Positions 33,292 to 34,710 of a DNA stretch of 34,710 bases are shown piece by piece (positions within the stretch are counted from its first letter, which is position 1; every line of letters starts with the position of its first letter). The translations under genes were made by a program, and so were the position numbers. Below the pieces are notes generated by a model. It was given only the letters and a program-made list of their open reading frames with translations, was not told the origin of the DNA and searched no databases. Source of the DNA: a virus (taxonomy: Duplodnaviria > Caudoviricetes); the IMG/VR virus record IMGVR_UViG_3300030397_000745, positions 1 through 34,710 of that record; one strand, written 5' to 3'.

Positions 33292-34693
33292 CAGCTAGGT
33301 GCCACAAAAGAGGATTTGGCAGTCTGTTTCACGGCGTAAATTGCCTCGAGGTAGGCCATGATGACGGCCACCATACCGTCAATCTTCCGCCATCGCTTCT
33401 GGTTGCCTTTGTCGAGAATCATCCGCCCACCGTTATCGTAGACAATCTGGCAATTCATTGCTTGCCAGCTCAGAACCACATCATTCCCGTGCTTAATCCG
33501 GCCGTCGCGCAGGGCTCGCTCGAAGGATTTCAACGGGCCAGTGTAGTTTTTGTAGGTCTGGTCAATGTCCTCGACTGGCACCCTGTACTCGTTCAGCAAG
33601 CTGGTGGCCACTTCCTGGGCGAACGTCTTGTCATAACCCACCTTTTTCAGCTGAAATTTCTTCCTCGCGTCACGAAGATACTGTTTTAACGGGGCGAAAT
33701 CCAAGACCTCGCCCTCTTGAAACTCAATCAACCCCTCGTCAATCCAAGTCCGAAAGGGCTCTCGGCGATAATCAGTCTGGACGTAATCAGGCCCCCGGCA
33801 TGCCCAGGACCGGGAAATGACCTGGTATTCCCACGCATGCTCGCCGGTCTCAGTCGAGCCCTGGATTCGCTTGGGAAACACCAATCCGACGGCCGCCCAG
33901 TCATCCGACCGGCCAAGGTCGAACCCACCAAAGCAGAGTGATTGCGACTGGAGTTCAACTGGGCCATCGCCCCGGTCCCAGATTTCGGGCGGATAAGCTT
34001 GTAGATAGGAACCCACCCGGATGTTGGTGTGGTATCGCTTAAAAGAGTTCAGCTTGGTCGGCCGGACCGCGGCCTCAGCGGCTTGAGACTCGAGGTACTT
34101 GGCATGTACCGATATCCCAAGATTGGGATTTGCCTTGGGCCAGACGGCCGGGTCCAGCGGGTCATCATCCTCGTCAATTTGGCAGGGCAGAGCGAAATAG
34201 GTATCGTCCACCACCTCGCCGACCGCCGCGGCGTCCAACACCCGGGAAGCGAAGTCGTGTTCGTCTTGCCAGATGTCCGCATCGTCATCGCCGGCCGTGG
34301 TCAGGATTATCTCGAGCGGCTGGTCTCGAGAGCCGCCGCCAGTCGAGAGCTTCTCGTCTAGGTCCGTGAGCCCCTTTCGCCACGCGTGCAGCTCGTCTTT
34401 GATAACGAACGAAGGATTGAGTCCGTCCTGCCGGGTGGCGTCTGCCCCGACAGTCTCGATGGTCGACCCGTAAAACGGTGCGGACTTGACGATGATGCGA
34501 CCACCATTCACATTGTCCTCGCCCAGGATTTTCGTTCGCTTGGATAACGATGGTGAGTGCTTAATCATCCGGGCGATTTCATGCCACAGCAGCGCCGCTT
34601 GCGGCTTCTTTGTGGCCGCACAATAGCCATTGCCCCGTACCTCGATGGGATGGTCAAAGTAGGTCAATAAGCAAGCGAATCCAGCCCCCCGCC
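33291..34693 (-). CDS. terL: Terminase large subunit, 5'-truncated
   Basis: AAT.K.QA, DGLNP...IKDELH (Walker B), W.KANPNLG, GGFDLG...D, HG...VL.W and KIDG.VA; the frame is open up to the primer tag and Walker A is missing. Confidence 0.95.
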
Positions 34694-34710
34694 GATCGTG
34701 ACTGGGAAAC
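34694..34710 (-). other. Random-amplification (SISPA / Round A-B) primer remnant
   Basis: GATCGTGACTGGGAAAC is the exact reverse complement of GTTTCCCAGTCACGATC, at the very end of the window. Confidence 0.9.

Noticed and set aside
34694-34710. Genome terminus, cos site or lacZ/M13 vector sequence
   Set aside because: It matches the amplification primer exactly and differs from the M13 site GTCGTGACTGGGAAAAC.
1-34710. tRNA, rRNA, integrase, transposase, reverse transcriptase/DGR, terminase small subunit
   Set aside because: I could not recognise any by eye. The small terminase probably lies in the missing segment. tRNAscan and HMM searches were not run.

Overview
About 34.7 kb of a tailed dsDNA phage with a siphovirus-like, HK97-type head and tail module. 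The host is probably a planctomycete (inference). Every credible gene lies on the minus strand and many are translationally coupled. Reading right to left: truncated terminase large subunit, portal, ClpP-type prohead protease, major capsid, head-tail joining genes, tail tube, frameshifted tail chaperones, a short tape measure, Cys-rich distal tail proteins and a glycosyltransferase/GT9/methyltransferase cassette. A sigma70-like promoter then precedes an early module: 3'-5' exonuclease, RecT-like annealase, SSB-like protein, a RecD2 split in two, DUF3310, Dam-type methylase, PD-(D/E)XK and ERCC4 nucleases, and a primase-helicase split inside its TOPRIM domain. After an iteron-rich putative origin come a lysis-like cassette built around an MMP-like metalloprotease, lectin and beta-helix virion proteins, an HNH nuclease and small genes. 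No integrase or divergent repressor is visible. The most unusual signals are a perfect (GGY-NN)x10 non-coding array ending in a U-tract (resembling VIPR guide RNAs), an 89-nt GC hairpin inside the primase TOPRIM domain, and a cysteine-switch matrixin where an endolysin would be expected. The last 17 nt are a random-amplification primer tag. All family assignments come from motifs recognised by eye; no database search was run.
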